Position numbers and translations under genes: made by a program. A DNA stretch of 64,000 nucleotides from assembly GCA_964016885.1 (NCBI GenBank), contig OZ024743.1, positions 70,804,001 through 70,868,000 of the forward strand. Reading direction: 5' to 3'. The DNA comes from Eledone cirrhosa. Lineage: Eukaryota. The notes beneath the pieces are model-generated. The model searched no databases. It saw only the letters and a program-made list of their open reading frames with translations, and was not told the DNA's origin. This document shows, piece after piece, positions 35,435 to 49,671 of the stretch (within the stretch, counting starts at the first letter, position 1; the number at the start of each line of letters is the position of its first letter).

Positions 35435-35810
35435 ATACTTGGGGAGGGTCATATTTGTGTAATATTGCCAGAATTAATAACAGAACACACTCACTGTTTG
35501 GTTGGTTTTCGCTTTTCGCTTCTGTGTCTTTTATATCGGTAATCTAATTTATTCGGTCCTCAATGTTGCCATTGACTGACCGGCGGTCAAAAATAATACG
35601 GATACAATATAGACACAAACACACACATATATATAGTTTATTGAGGACCGAATAAATTAGATTACCGATATAAAAGACACAGAAGCGAAAACCAACCAGA
35701 CAGTGAGTGTGTTCTGTTATTAATTCTGGCAATATTACACAAATATGACCCTCCCCAAGTATAACAATATTTGTTTCGACACATGATTTCATATAAAAAA
35801 CCTCGCAAAA
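35429..35810. mobile_element. Convergent inverted pair of the GGGAGGGTCAT family with an HHR 3' half
   Basis: 35429-35565 pairs with 35640-35770. The minus strand at ~35778-35759 reads GAAA-CAA-ata-TTG-TT-ATAC. (TA)n on both sides. Confidence 0.8.
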
Positions 35811-35852
<42 letters not shown>

Positions 35853-35966
35853 AAAAGGGTCAGGACCCTTTTCCTATTACTCACTCTACTACCCAAAGTA
35901 TCAAGTACTCTGGTGCATTATGGTCCACCTGGTTCCTTACTGGTTCCTTCCTTCGTTATATATATA

Positions 35967-36146
35967 TAATTGTTTCTACTTTTGGCACAAGGCCATCAAT
36001 TACTCAGTACATTACTGGTACTTAATTTTATCGACCCCGTAAGGATGAAAGGCAAAGTAAACCTCGGCGGGATTTGAATTCAGACCGCAAAAGGACGTAA
36101 CTATGCTGGAAAGCATGGCGTCCGACCCTCTACCGATACTGCCAAT
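35967..36146 (-). mobile_element. SINE family A
   Basis: Full-length reverse-complement copy. Confidence 0.92.
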
Positions 36147-36203
36147 ATCCACATAATAAACTACCATTTGTACTGCCTCTGTTTTTTGTTCCTGTCTAAT
36201 ATT

Positions 36204-36245
<42 letters not shown>

Positions 36246-36327
36246 TTGTATACCAACACCTCAGTATGCAGATTGGAGCACTCGGCGAAGTGCGCAGGTT
36301 GGTTTGGTTACTCCGGAGTAAGGTAAC

Positions 36328-36485
36328 ATAAATTAAAATAAATAAGTCAAATGTTTAAAGTTTGGCTTTGTTTATTACTGCTATATATATTTCAGTGACA
36401 GCCAAAGATGGCTGTCACTGAAATATATATAGCAGTAATAAACGAAGCCAAATTTTAAACATTTGACTTATTTATTTTAGTTTAT
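36328..36485. repeat. Near-perfect hairpin (~77-bp arms) centred on an HHR stem II-like loop
   Basis: ..CTGCTATATATATTTC-AGTGACAGCCA-aaga-TGGCTGTCACT-GAAATATATATAGCAG.. Each arm carries the GAAA-TATATA-TA module seen at 34865 and 35069. Confidence 0.9.
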
Positions 36486-36586
36486 TTTATATATATATAG
36501 ATATAGATATATATATATAGATATATATAGATATAGATATAGATAGATATAGATATAGATATATATATATATATATATAGATAGAT

Positions 36587-36647
<61 letters not shown>

Positions 36648-36959
36648 TAGATATAGATATAGATATAGATAGATAGATAGATATAGAGATATAGATAGAT
36701 AGATATAGAGATATAGATAGATAGATAGATAGATATAGAGATATATATATAGAGATATATATATAGAGATATATATATAGAGATATATATATAGAGATAT
36801 ATATATAGAGATATATATATAGAGATATATATATAGAGATATATAGATATATAGAGATATAGATATATCTATAGATATATATAGATATATATATATAAAA
36901 TATTAAAAAAATAATGAATAAAACAATGAAACAGTTCCTTATATTAAACAAAAAAAGTT

Positions 36960-37110
36960 CATTATTTAACGATCGTTTCTAGGATATATATGTGTTAGAA
37001 TTGGCATGCATATTCAACAGATCTATGTACAAAATTATACAAAATTATACAAACTATCAAAATTAAATATACATACCAAACACATATATATGCCGTCTTC
37101 AGAAATAATG
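36960..37110 (-). ncRNA. Type I hammerhead ribozyme with very long stem II
   Basis: Minus strand CATTATTT-CTGAAGA-cGGcATATATATGTGTT..~85 nt..AACACATATATATCCta-GAAAC-GATC-GTT-AAATAATG. Perfect 8-bp stem I; palindrome AACGATCGTT; GUU site. Confidence 0.8.
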
Positions 37111-37710
37111 AAATATATTTATTGATAATAACAACAATTCAAAATTTCAGGTCTGTTTGGGAACAGAGTTCAAATTGACCAATGAAAATACAAAAAGTTT
37201 ATACAGTTAGGTGTGTGTATATACATGTAAGTAACTTCGTTCACAGATATGCATAAAGATATATGTTCACATGCATACGCATGCCAAAAAGATGTATGTA
37301 AATACAAAAATTCAAGGCTAATGTCTCTGTAAGTTTATAATCTACAGATAAAATGTGTATACACACATAAATATAAAATAAATATATACACACATTCATA
37401 TACTCACACATATTCGTACATTCACACACACACGCGCGTATACGCATAAACATACACATAACCACGAACATACATACACACATACACCCCCACACACATA
37501 TACATGTGTATATACTATTATCATAAGCATATGGACATTAATGCACGCACATAAACACTGCCACACATATTTAGATCCAGATACAGAAATTAGGTGGGGG
37601 GGGGGGGAGAGGTCAGTATTCAACGGTGTCAGCAGACTGCCTATTTATAAATGTATCTATAAACTTAGAAATAAAAAGAAAAGAAAAAAAAAAAGAAATA
37701 TATCAATAAA

Positions 37711-37746
<36 letters not shown>

Positions 37747-37762
37747 ACACACACACACACAC

Positions 37763-37869
<107 letters not shown>

Positions 37870-38228
37870 CACATACACATATATATATAAACAAGTAAAA
37901 TATAAAATATACATCGATATACATACATATACATATATATATATATACACACACATACACACACATACCCATACATACATATACATACACATATACACAA
38001 ACACATACATACACATACATATACATACACATACCATATAAATACACATACACATACACACACGCATACATATAGAGACACATACATATACACATATAAA
38101 TACATAGACATATACACATATACACACATATACATATATATTTATATATATATATATACACATACACGCATACGTATATATATAAAAACATTCACAACAC
38201 ACGTATATATATACACATATATACACAC

Positions 38229-38284
<56 letters not shown>

Positions 38285-38302
38285 GCACACACATCTACAC
38301 AC

Positions 38303-38357
<55 letters not shown>

Positions 38358-38444
38358 TACATATACATACACATACATATACACACACACACACATACAC
38401 ACATACACATACACATATATAAAGATATATATACACATACACAC

Positions 38445-38497
<53 letters not shown>

Positions 38498-38821
38498 ATA
38501 TACATACATATACACATATATATACACATACATATACACATATATATACACACATACATGCATATACACACACAAACATACACACACACATACATACTCA
38601 TACATAGACATACATATATACTCACGCACACATACACACTTACATATACGCATGTATACAAATACATACACATCCACATATGCGTATATACATACAAACA
38701 CCACCACACGCTCACACAACTCAGACATACAAAGAAAAAGGTATATACATACATATATATACATATATAAATAGAGATACATATACATATATAAATATAT
38801 ACACACGTACACACATAATAA

Positions 38822-38962
38822 GAAGACGGCATATATATGTGTTTGGTATGTATATTTAATTTTGATAGTTTGTATAATTTTGTATAATTTTGTACATAGA
38901 TCTGTTGCATATGCATGCCAATTCTAACACATATATATCCTAGAAACGATCGTTAAATAATG
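38822..38962 (+). ncRNA. 5'-truncated copy of the long-stem-II hammerhead
   Basis: Begins at GAAGACGGC, lacking CT and the 5' strand of stem I. Confidence 0.7.
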
Positions 38963-39315
38963 AACTTTTTTTGTTTAATATAAGGAACTGTTTCATTGTT
39001 TTATTCATTATTTTTTTAATATTTTATCTTGACTCTGTATTCCGTTTATCTTTCACCGAAAGTGATTTTTCATTGCATCTCTTCTTTCCATGATATCCGG
39101 ATTACATTGAGTTCTTCATACGGATTGGACACTACCGTAAACTCTTGGTAGATTTATCTACATATATATATATATATGTTTAACCATCATCTCAGTGTGT
39201 TTGGCCCTTAACGTATGTTGTAGCTCTGATTCATATGATTCATCGAGCGCTTGCCACACATATCGGACGTTGATTTTCGTTAATTCCTGAGCTGAAAACG
39301 ATTCTCGCTAATTTA

Positions 39316-39364
<49 letters not shown>

Positions 39365-39521
39365 GGGTATGAATTGAAGTTGCAGCCATAGTATAGCAGA
39401 CAGATAGTAATCAAATTGTTTGAGACAGTCACAAACCACTCAATGGAACAAGAAGTGAATACATTATCGTCCAGAATAAACACAGAAGTTCTTAGAGTGT
39501 GACATCAAGAAAAGTGTGCCA

Positions 39522-39810
<289 letters not shown>

Positions 39811-39949
39811 TGTGTGTGTGAGTGTATTTACATTTGTGTGTGGCTGTCTACGTTTTGTAACCTAATGTGTTGACAGAAAAGTAATTGATAAAATATATAT
39901 CAGTCTTGAGAAAATAACCATTGCTGTCAACATGATTGCCTAAATACCT

Positions 39950-40570
39950 TTAACCCTTTCATCGCCATATTTCTAATGAAAAACACTGCACATGGTTTTC
40001 AAATAATCAACAATTTGTATGGATTTAGTCATATAACTACCTTACATAAAACTCTGGTGGGAGTTTTTTAGATATATATATACACTTAACATGAAACTGT
40101 TTTGTGTTGTAGAAACATGGGTGGCTTCAGCTGCTTTGATATCCTATTAACCCTTTCATTTTAACCTTTTCATTACCACATATTTAATGAAAGACACTGC
40201 CTGTGTTTAAATTCATTTTTAGTGTACCACAATAAAATGCACTCAGTAGAGTTCTGTAATGTATGTGAGATTTAGGCCCCCTGGCCTATCTAAGAGATCA
40301 GTACATCCATTTCAGTACTAACATTCAACTCTTGCTAGCAGGATAGACAGAGATTAATCAATTCATGACCACATTTCTAATGAAATACACTCTATTTTAA
40401 TTAATTAGTGAAGAATTTGGAGGGCTCTACCAAAATTATTAATTATTTCATTACTAAGATAGTAACTGAATGTAAAGCTGGAAGATTTAAAATGGCTGGT
40501 TTTATTTCATAGAACCAGAGTCGGGCCTGTTTCAGGTGATTTCAGTGAATTTGGTATCAAAAAGGTTAAG
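39950..40570. mobile_element. Old TTAA-type (piggyBac-like) MITE fragments
   Basis: TTAACCCTTTCAT starts at ~39950 and ~40147, AAAAGGTTAA end at ~40569. Related reverse copy at ~42110-42329. Confidence 0.5.
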
Positions 40571-41555
40571 ATATTGCCCCAACATGGTTTCAGTTAAAGG
40601 ACTGAAACCAGCAACAGACTTTAAAACACCTCAACCTTGATCAAATGTTGATCCGATACAACATTGCATCATACATAGGAGTATTGCTAACATGTCTGGG
40701 ACAGGACACTGACCATTGCTTTTGTTGCTGCTGCTACACAAGTACATCTTGGAGTACATCCAAAATAAGATCATTAAACTTGAATGATTGGCAAAATGTG
40801 TTCATTCATTAACATACAGTCCCTTTCTCTATATCATGTCTACATCTAATACTATACTACCACATTCCCTGATCCTATCAGCTAATAAGATTTTACACAT
40901 ACATTTGCATATATCACACATACAATCACACATTTACACACAATCACTGATTCACCCATGCATACAATCACACATTAACATACACATGCTTATGCACACA
41001 CACTCACACATTTGCATATATACACACACACAATCACTCATTTACGCACACATACAATCACACATCCATTTACACACACATACAATCTCACACATTTACA
41101 TATATATACACACAATCATTTATTCACACACACAATCACACATTTACACACATATATATATATATATACACACACAATCATTCATTCACACACACATACA
41201 ATCACACATATATATATACACACAATCATTCATTCACACATTTACACTATATATACACACAATCATTCATTCACACACACATACAATCACACATTTACAC
41301 ACACACATATATATATATATACAATCATTCATTCACACACACATACAATCACACATTTACACACACATATATATATACACACAATCATTCATTCACACAC
41401 ACATACAATCACACAATCATTCATTCACACTATTGAAGTTGTTTGCTCAATAGTGCTGTACGTTATCCCACCCAGCATATATATGAAAGTTGTATTCACT
41501 GAACCACATCACAAACATGTACACAGCAAATGTCACCTACATCTGTTGCCTGATG

Positions 41556-41606
<51 letters not shown>

Positions 41607-42397
41607 ATATCACCATCGTCATCATCTTCATCCAATAATCAGATACATGTATGTTTACAAATACATATATGTGTATATAATAATTTTTTTCTACTTTTGG
41701 CACAAGGCCAACAAATTACCCAGTGTATTACTGGTACTTTATTTTTGTATGTGTATATAATAATGATATATATATATATAATCATTGTATATTTTGCTAC
41801 AGTGGTATGGTTTGGACAGCGTATGATAATGAGGGCGTAACAACCTCCAACCTCTCTAATGCCAGTACCACAATAAAAGCACCCAGTACACTCTGCGTTA
41901 TGAATCTAATCATAGAAATTATGCCAAAATGGTAGGGAGGTCTCTTCAGTTGTGTCAAGGACAAAACAATTTCTCTAATGCGGGTGCCACAATAAAATGC
42001 ACCCACTACACTCTGTATAATTGGTGTTAGCAAGGGCATTGAGCTGTAGATAACCACATGAGATGTTATTAGGTATGACTAGTAAGACCATCATTTAACT
42101 TATTACTCCATACCCTTTTGTTACGAATCTGGCCAAATCCAGCTCTGATTCTTTGAAATAAAACCACCCATTATAAAGGTTTCTTCCAACATAATTTTAT
42201 ATAAGAACCTTATTAAGTTATTATTTTAGTAATGAAATTATTAATAATTTTAGTAAATCCCTCAAAATTCTTTAATAATTAATTAAAATATAGTGTATTT
42301 CATTAGAAATGCAGTCATGAAAGGGTTAAGGAAACTAGAGTGTAAATGCCATTGTAGGATGTGGAGCCCAACAGTCAAGCTTAAACTGTTTTGATGG

Positions 42398-42432
<35 letters not shown>

Positions 42433-42957
42433 TATACACACATGCAGAGGTGTGGGAGGAAAATGAAGTAATAGCAATGAACACATAATGTAGAAGCTGA
42501 ATATTTTATATTAATATTTTGAATTAACCCTGCACTACCAGCAGTTTCAAGATGAAAACGTGTGTGTGTGTGTGTCATCATCATCATCATCACTGTTTTA
42601 CGTCCGTTTTTCCACGCTAGCATGGGTTAGACAGGTTGTCCTGTTGTGGGCAGGATCAGGTCGGCTGACCTTGTCTTGCTCATACTGGAACTGATTCTGG
42701 CTTGATCTCTACAGCTGGATGCCCTTCCTAACACCAACCTCATTTACAGTGAGTGTATCATCCTCATCACCTTTAACGTCTGTTTCCATACTAGCATGGG
42801 TTAGGCAGGCCATCCACATTATGATACAAATCCGGCTAGTTGGCTGCACTGTAACTTGCTCAAACGGAACAGTATTTTGGCTTGGGCTTTTTTCACAGGT
42901 GGGTACCCTTCCTAACACCAACCACATTTACAGTGTGGAACCATATATATATATATA

Positions 42958-43146
42958 TAATTGTTTCTACTTTTGGCACAAGGCCAGCAAATATCCCAGT
43001 GCATTACTGGTACTTTATTTTATCGACCCCGTAAGGATGAAAGGCAATGTTAACCTTGGCGGGATTTGAACTCAGAATGGCAAGGGCCGCAACTCTATGC
43101 GTCAAAGCATGGCGTCCGACCCTCTACCAATACTGCCAATCCACCA
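42958..43146 (-). mobile_element. SINE family A
   Basis: Full-length reverse-complement copy. Confidence 0.92.
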
Positions 43147-43346
43147 CCATATATAATGTGTGTCTATATTTTGTATATTTATGTGTATTTGTTCTGATTA
43201 CTCCACATAACGACCTATTGTCTTTGCTTTTTTCCGTTCATTGCCAGGGAACGTCTTTACGAACCAAAGCATCGTCTTCCTGTTTTCCTTCGGTTGCAAC
43301 GTTTTTCGAAATATTTACTTCTGCGTTCACAGATTGATTTTTTTTT

Positions 43347-43395
43347 GTTTCAGAAGATGCCGTTATGGGTGAAAGCAGCGATTCTTTGCTTAAAC
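43347..43395 (+). ncRNA. Type I hammerhead, variant core
   Basis: GTTT-CAGAAGA-tGCC-gttatg-GGT-GAAA-GCA-gcgattctt-TGC-TT-AAAC. All three stems form; U4A change in the core. Followed by AATAAA and (TA)n. Confidence 0.55.
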
Positions 43396-43524
43396 TTTAA
43401 TGTGTTATTTTAATAAATATTTATATATATATATATATATATATACTTATCAGCCCCTACATGTATCTCCTTACCGAATTCCAACAGGAATATGAAATGA
43501 TAGTATATTTATATGTATATATAT

Positions 43525-43958
43525 GGAGGCACATGGCTTAGTGGTTAGAGCATTGGCCTTGCAATCGAAAGGTTGTGAGTTCAATTCTTAGACCAGGTGA
43601 TGTGTTGTTTCCTTGAGCAAGACACTCTATTTCACATTGCTCCAGTTTACTCAGCTGTAGAAATGAGATGATAGGACTGGGGTCCCTATCATTTCACTGC
43701 AAAGTGGACGTGGAGGTGCCACAGCAAAAAAGCACCCAGCCCACACTGTAAAGTGGTCGTGGGGGTGCCACGGCAAAAAAGGCACCCAGGACACACTGTA
43801 AAGAGGGCGTGTAGGTGCCACGGCAAAAGAAGCACCCAGCACTCACTGTAGATGGGGTTGGTGTTAGGAGGGGCATCCAGCTGTAGAAATCAGTTCCCAT
43901 CCCACCCTTGCAAGCAGGGAAAAGTGGACGTAAAAATGATGATGATATGATGATGATG

Positions 43959-43960
<2 letters not shown>
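43525..43960 (+). mobile_element. SINE family B (tRNA head, ~50-bp internal modules, RTE-type tail)
   Basis: Head GGAGGCACATGGCTTAGTGGTTAGAGC..GAGTTCAATTC, three GCACCCAG..CACTGTA modules, tail GGGCATCCAGCTGTAGAAA..GGACGTAAAAATGATGATGAT. Confidence 0.92.
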
Positions 43961-44011
<51 letters not shown>

Positions 44012-44040
44012 TTTTATTGAAAGCTATATATATATATATA

Positions 44041-44654
44041 TATCAAAGGTATATATATATTGAGTTAGAAACTCAAAATAGCCTCTTACAATAAAACAGC
44101 TCTAGGAAAGAGATTTTTCCGAGCCGTATATTATAATTGAATATAAAAGAAAAACGAACACAGATATATGCATATATGTATTCAAATTGTAAGGGACCAG
44201 ATTCGCTAAGGTGAAAAGAATACTAACTATGGACGATAGGGTTTGCCAGACTCAATTTAAGAATAAATCAAGAAAATAAATACAAACCGGAATTGTGGTA
44301 ACTACCAATCACACAGACAGCTTTGGTACTGCTGTTTCGCAAAATTAATTGTGAATAGGAATGCCAATTCTTGCTCATCAGTGGGTGAAGAATTAGTATC
44401 CTAGACACTTCTAAGTATATTAAGAAACTGAATAGTGTGCGTATATATAACAACGCATATGGTATCCGAACTTAGCGTGTCTCACACACTCACACCACTA
44501 AAAATAGCAGCCAGGTTTATTCGACATTTGAATTAACTCAACAAATTAATGGAGCCGAATATATCAAAGGTATATATTGAGTTAGAAACTCAAAATAGTC
44601 TCTTACAATAAAATAGCTCTAGGAAAGAGATTTTTCCTAGCCGTATATTATAAT
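44041..44654 (-). mobile_element. Retrozyme/PLE-like unit with ~95-bp direct terminal repeats and one hammerhead
   Basis: TATCAAAGGTATATAT..TGAGTTAGAAACTCAAAATAG..GCCGTATATTATAAT at 44041-44136 and 44562-44654 (period ~520 bp). (TA)n on the left. Confidence 0.75.
44309..44388 (-). ncRNA. Canonical type I hammerhead ribozyme
   Basis: Minus strand TCACCCA-CTGATGA-GCAAGAATTG..CAATTAATTTTGC-GAAA-CAGC-agtaccaaa-GCTG-TC-TGTGTGA. Stable stem III; GUC site; one stem I mismatch. Confidence 0.88.
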
Positions 44655-45730
44655 AGAATATGTGTGTGTGTTAAATATGTGATAGAGGGAGAGAGACAAG
44701 TAGTGATAGATAGACTGAGATAATGAGTGACCAATGCCAAATAGAAAGGTAGAAAGCTATAAAAACATATGTCAGAAGAAAACAACTGGCCACAACCTGC
44801 TTTGTTATATTTCCTAATACAAGTATTCGTTGTAAATTGTCTTGTTTGTTCAGATAAACCATTTCTCCTTTCAATTGTGTACACAGCTATGGGCTACTTC
44901 CACCCACTTGTGTGTTTGTCTATGTAGAGGTCTGTCTGTGTGTGCATGTGTAGTTGTGTATGTAATTGTCTGTCTGGCTGTGTGTGTGTGCATGTATAGT
45001 TGTGTATGTAGATGTCTGTCGGTGTGTGTAGAGGTTTGTCTGTGTGTGTGTGTGTGTATGTAGACGTATGTGTGTTTGAGTATGTGTGTTTGTAGATGTC
45101 TGTGTGTTTGTGTATGTACATATGTATGTGTGTGTGTTAGTTTTATACCATAATCATTGTCATCATCAACATCACCACTGTCATCACCATAATCAGACTG
45201 TTATCATCATTACCATCATCATCACCATTGGCATCATCATAAACACCACCACCACCACCAACATCATTATCATCATCATCAACTAAGTTGTGTGTCTTAG
45301 TGACCCTGTGTCTTTGGCTCGTGATCCAAAGGACATGAGTCCATTTTGTGGTTGTGCATTGTGACCTTGAACAAGAGTATTCCACATTGTACCTGTAAGT
45401 CAAAGGGCCAGCCTTATTAGATGCTAAATCACACTGGATCTCCCTCAGAACTTTGTTAAGGGTCCATTGACAAAACACCAGTATGAGGAGCAGATCAATA
45501 GTGGAGTCTGGTCCATAACTTCTATGGATGACACTGAGCCAATCCTCTGTGAAACATGTGTAACAAGTTGATACATAATAATAAAAAACAAATTAAATAC
45601 ATGTAAATGAAACTTTGTTTTTCTGTACACATGCACACAAGCTCAAACACACATACACACACACATATATATATGCATACACATATATAATCAATAAAAT
45701 CATTCATGTGAAACTTCATCATGTTATTCT

Positions 45731-45775
<45 letters not shown>

Positions 45776-46096
45776 GTATGTGTATGTATATAATTCCATT
45801 GTTCCAACAACTAGGCTGGCTGCCCTGTTAACCAAACAACTAGAACACTCATTGGTGTAATCAAAAGAAGTGCAAGACACACACAAACTTACACATACAT
45901 GTGTGTCTGTGTTTGTGTGTGTGTGTGTTAATTGCCTATAGGTGTTATCAAGATATCTGGTGATCTCTTCATTAGAGTAATGTGATAGATATATACTTTG
46001 TAATCCATCAATTCCTTCATGCCAACAACCTCTACTTTTGGTCTCTGATCTGTTTTGATATATATGTATATACCTATCAGCCTATATATATATATA

Positions 46097-46420
46097 TCAT
46101 CATTCATCATCATTTCATTTTACGTCTACTTTTCCCTGCTTGCAAGGGTGGGACGGGAACTGATTCTGGCTTGATTTCTACAGCTGGATGCCCTTCCTAA
46201 CACCAACCTCATTTACAGTGAGTGCTGGGTGCTTTTCCACTTTGCAGTGGAATGATAGGGACTCAAGTCCATATCATCTCATTTCTACAGCTGAGTAAAC
46301 TGGAGCAATGTGAAATAAAGTGTCTTGCTCAAGGAAACAACACATCACCCGGTCTGAGAATTGAACTCACAACCTTTCGATTGCAAGGCCAATGCTCTAA
46401 CCACTAAGCCATGTGCCTCC
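46097..46420 (-). mobile_element. SINE family B (one internal module)
   Basis: Reverse complement of the family B head and tail. Confidence 0.92.
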
Positions 46421-46654
46421 ACTATATATATATATATATACTGTATATATATATATATATATACTGTATATATATATATATATACTGTATATATACAACT
46501 GGAAGCTTAGTAAAATTCGAAGCTTTGGCTTGGCCAAGCAAAGTTGACCTACAATTAAGAATGAGTAGTAAAGCACTTAATAAGGGTAGGCCCTTAGATA
46601 GCTTGACAAATTAAAAATTGTGGCATATATATATATATAGATATATATATATAT

Positions 46655-47027
46655 GGAGGTGCATGGCTTAGTGGTTAGAGCATTGGAAGGTTGTGAGTTC
46701 AATTCTCAGTCTGGGTGGAGTGTTGTTTCCTTGAGCAAGACACTTCATTTCACATTACACCAGTTAATCAGCTGTACAAATGAGATGATAGGACTAGGGT
46801 ACCTATCATTCCACTGCAAAGTGGTTGTGGGGGTGCCACGGCAAAAAAGCACCCAGCCCACACTGTAAAGTAGACGTGTAGGCGCCATGGAAAAAAGAAA
46901 GCACTCAGCACTCACTGTAAATGAGGTTGGTGTTAAGAAGTGCATCCAGCTGTAGAAATCAAGCCAGAATCAGTTCCCGTCCCACCCTTGCAAGCAGGGA
47001 AAAGCGGACATAAAATGATGATGATGA
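46655..47027 (+). mobile_element. SINE family B (two internal modules)
   Basis: Matches the 43525 copy, with a small deletion in the head. Confidence 0.92.
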
Positions 47028-47087
47028 TATATATATATATATATTTATCTCAGGAATTATACCTGTCCTAGATAGATAGATATATAT

Positions 47088-47277
47088 AACAAGGAGGGTG
47101 TGGTAAGATACCAGGTGGTCCATAACGTAGTACTCAATATTTAGGGTAGTAGAGTGGCTAATAGGAAAAGAGTCAGGACCCTAACGGCTGAGCTCGGCCA
47201 TTTCGACAGCTAGAGTTCGGATCTAGCTGTCAAAATGGCCGGAGCTCAGCCGTCGAGGTCCTGACTCTTTTTCCTGT
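47088..47277. mobile_element. GGC-stem family fold-back element
   Basis: Hairpin 47162-47275 with axis GACAGCTAGA-gttcgga-TCTAGCTGTC. The long arm extends to ~47088. TA-rich flanks. Confidence 0.8.
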
Positions 47278-47663
47278 ATATATGTATATATATATATCAC
47301 TGAGACTCACAGGAGATGATGAAGAAATGTGGCAAGTGGAGATATGGTGTGATGAGAAGGACCCGTCCAACCCCTGCAAGAGTGGAGAAACATAAAAATG
47401 ATGATGGTGATTATATATATATATACACATATTTATATATATACACATATTTATATATATATACACATATTTATATATATATACACATATTTATATATAT
47501 ATATATACACATATTTACATATATATACATACACATATTTATATATACATACATAGACATATTTATATATATATATATATATATACATACATACACACAC
47601 ATATATATACACACGTTTATATATATACACACATATTTATATATATATATATACACACATATT

Positions 47664-47743
<80 letters not shown>

Positions 47744-47932
47744 TATTCATATATATATATATACACACATATTCATATATATATATATACACACATATTC
47801 ATATATATATATACACACACATATTCATATATATATATATACACACATATATATATATACATATATGGATCACTCCATGCATCAAATGCTATGCTGATTT
47901 GTGCTCTTCCTGGTCCGCATACTGCAGAAATT

Positions 47933-47974
<42 letters not shown>

Positions 47975-48535
47975 GTGTGTGTATGGATATATAACTAAGA
48001 AACAGATGCTTCTACAATGATAGATATACATTCAGTGAGAAAGAGAGTGTTTATATGTATATATAAAGATATGTGTGTCTGTGTATGTGTACGTCTATGT
48101 GTGTGTGTGTAAAAAGATATGTGTCTGTGTGTGTGTGTGTATAACGTTATGTGTCTGTGTGTGTTGTGCATGTGTTTATGCTTCTGTTGTGCTTGGTTAA
48201 CCATAACCTACTAATTACCTCTTCTATTCATGGTATGATGTATTAACCAGATCACTATGGAAAGGTCACCATCAACTCCATCATCATCAACACCATCATC
48301 ATCATCAACACCATCATCATCATCATCAACTCCATCAACACCATCATCATCATGAACACCATCATCAACACAATAATCATCATGATCACCTTCATTACCA
48401 GGGCACTCCTCCTCATCATCATCAACAACACATTATCATCATCTTCATCATCATCATCATCATCATCACCTTCATCATCATTGTTGTTATTGCCACAATA
48501 ACCAGTGTAATCTAGAGTATCACAACTATCATTAA

Positions 48536-49115
48536 CTCTTTAGTATTCACATTACTCTATCATCATCATCATTTTTACGTCCGCTTTTCCCTGCTTGCAA
48601 GGGTGGGACAGGAACTGATTCTGGCTTGATTTCTACAGCTGGATGCCCTTCTTAACACCAACCTCATTTACAGTGCTGGATGCTTTTATTCCATGGCGCC
48701 TACACATCCACTTTACAGTGAGTGCTGGGTGCTGTTTTTTTGCCGTGGCACCTCCACGACCACTTTGCAGTGGAATGATAGGGACCCCAGTCCCTATCAT
48801 CTCATTTCTACAGCTGAGTAAACTGGAGCAATGTGAAATAAAGTGTCTTGCTCAAGGAAACAACACATCACCTGGTCTGAGAATTGAACTCACAACCTTT
48901 TGATTGCAAGGCCAATGCTCTAACCACTAAGCCATGTGCCTCTATATATATACTATTATATTTTCATGGTAAAGGCTTTACCTCGCATAATTATCTCACA
49001 TAATGTCGAATCTATGAGATTTTGAAACATCAGTATGAGTGGCCAATTGCAGCCAGTTTCAACAGAAAGAAGTTGAGAATTCTGGCCGGTTTTGGCCGGT
49101 TTGAACATTAAAGTG
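48536..49115. mobile_element. TTAA-flanked MITE split by a SINE B insertion (48559-48942, minus)
   Basis: TTAA-CTCTTTAGTATTCACATTACTCTAT|SINE|TATATACTATT..GGCCGGTTTGAACATTAAAGTG-TTAA. Colinear with the intact copy at 50380-50600. Confidence 0.8.
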
Positions 49116-49671
49116 TTAAACCATGTTTATCACCAGTACAACAGCATAGAATGAAATTTAGGGAACACAGTTATATAAGTCTTGCTTGGGGATCCAGCTG
49201 GATCAGTTAGAGATGGGTGCCTCTGACAGGACCTGCTGGAAGGAGTGTGAGGACTCTGCCCCTAACAACCCTCTCAGGAATAAGTGAGCAAAGTAGAAGT
49301 TCTATAAGTTTAGCAGGCCTCATGGTGATGGTGATGGTGGTGCTGGTGTTGGTGTTTATGATGATCACAATGGTGATGATGGTGATGATGATAACAGTCT
49401 GATTATTGTGATGACAGTGGTGATGATAATGATGGTAGTGGTGCTGCTGGTTGTGTTGATGATGATGAGGTTGTTTCTCTGGTATTTTAACTCTTAACAT
49501 CCTTTCCCACATGAAACCACATTAGTAACACATTCTTAAAATTTCAAAATATCACTATGAATACATCATATTGAATTTTAAAATCTCCAGGGCCATACTT
49601 TCTCTATTCTTTCTACTGGGACCATGAGGTGGCATGCACCTGGGGCTCTGCATGCCAGAGAGTGATTTTCC

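Noticed and set aside
43525-43600. tRNA gene
   Set aside because: A and B boxes are present, but the sequence continues into SINE body and tail in every copy; it is a SINE head.
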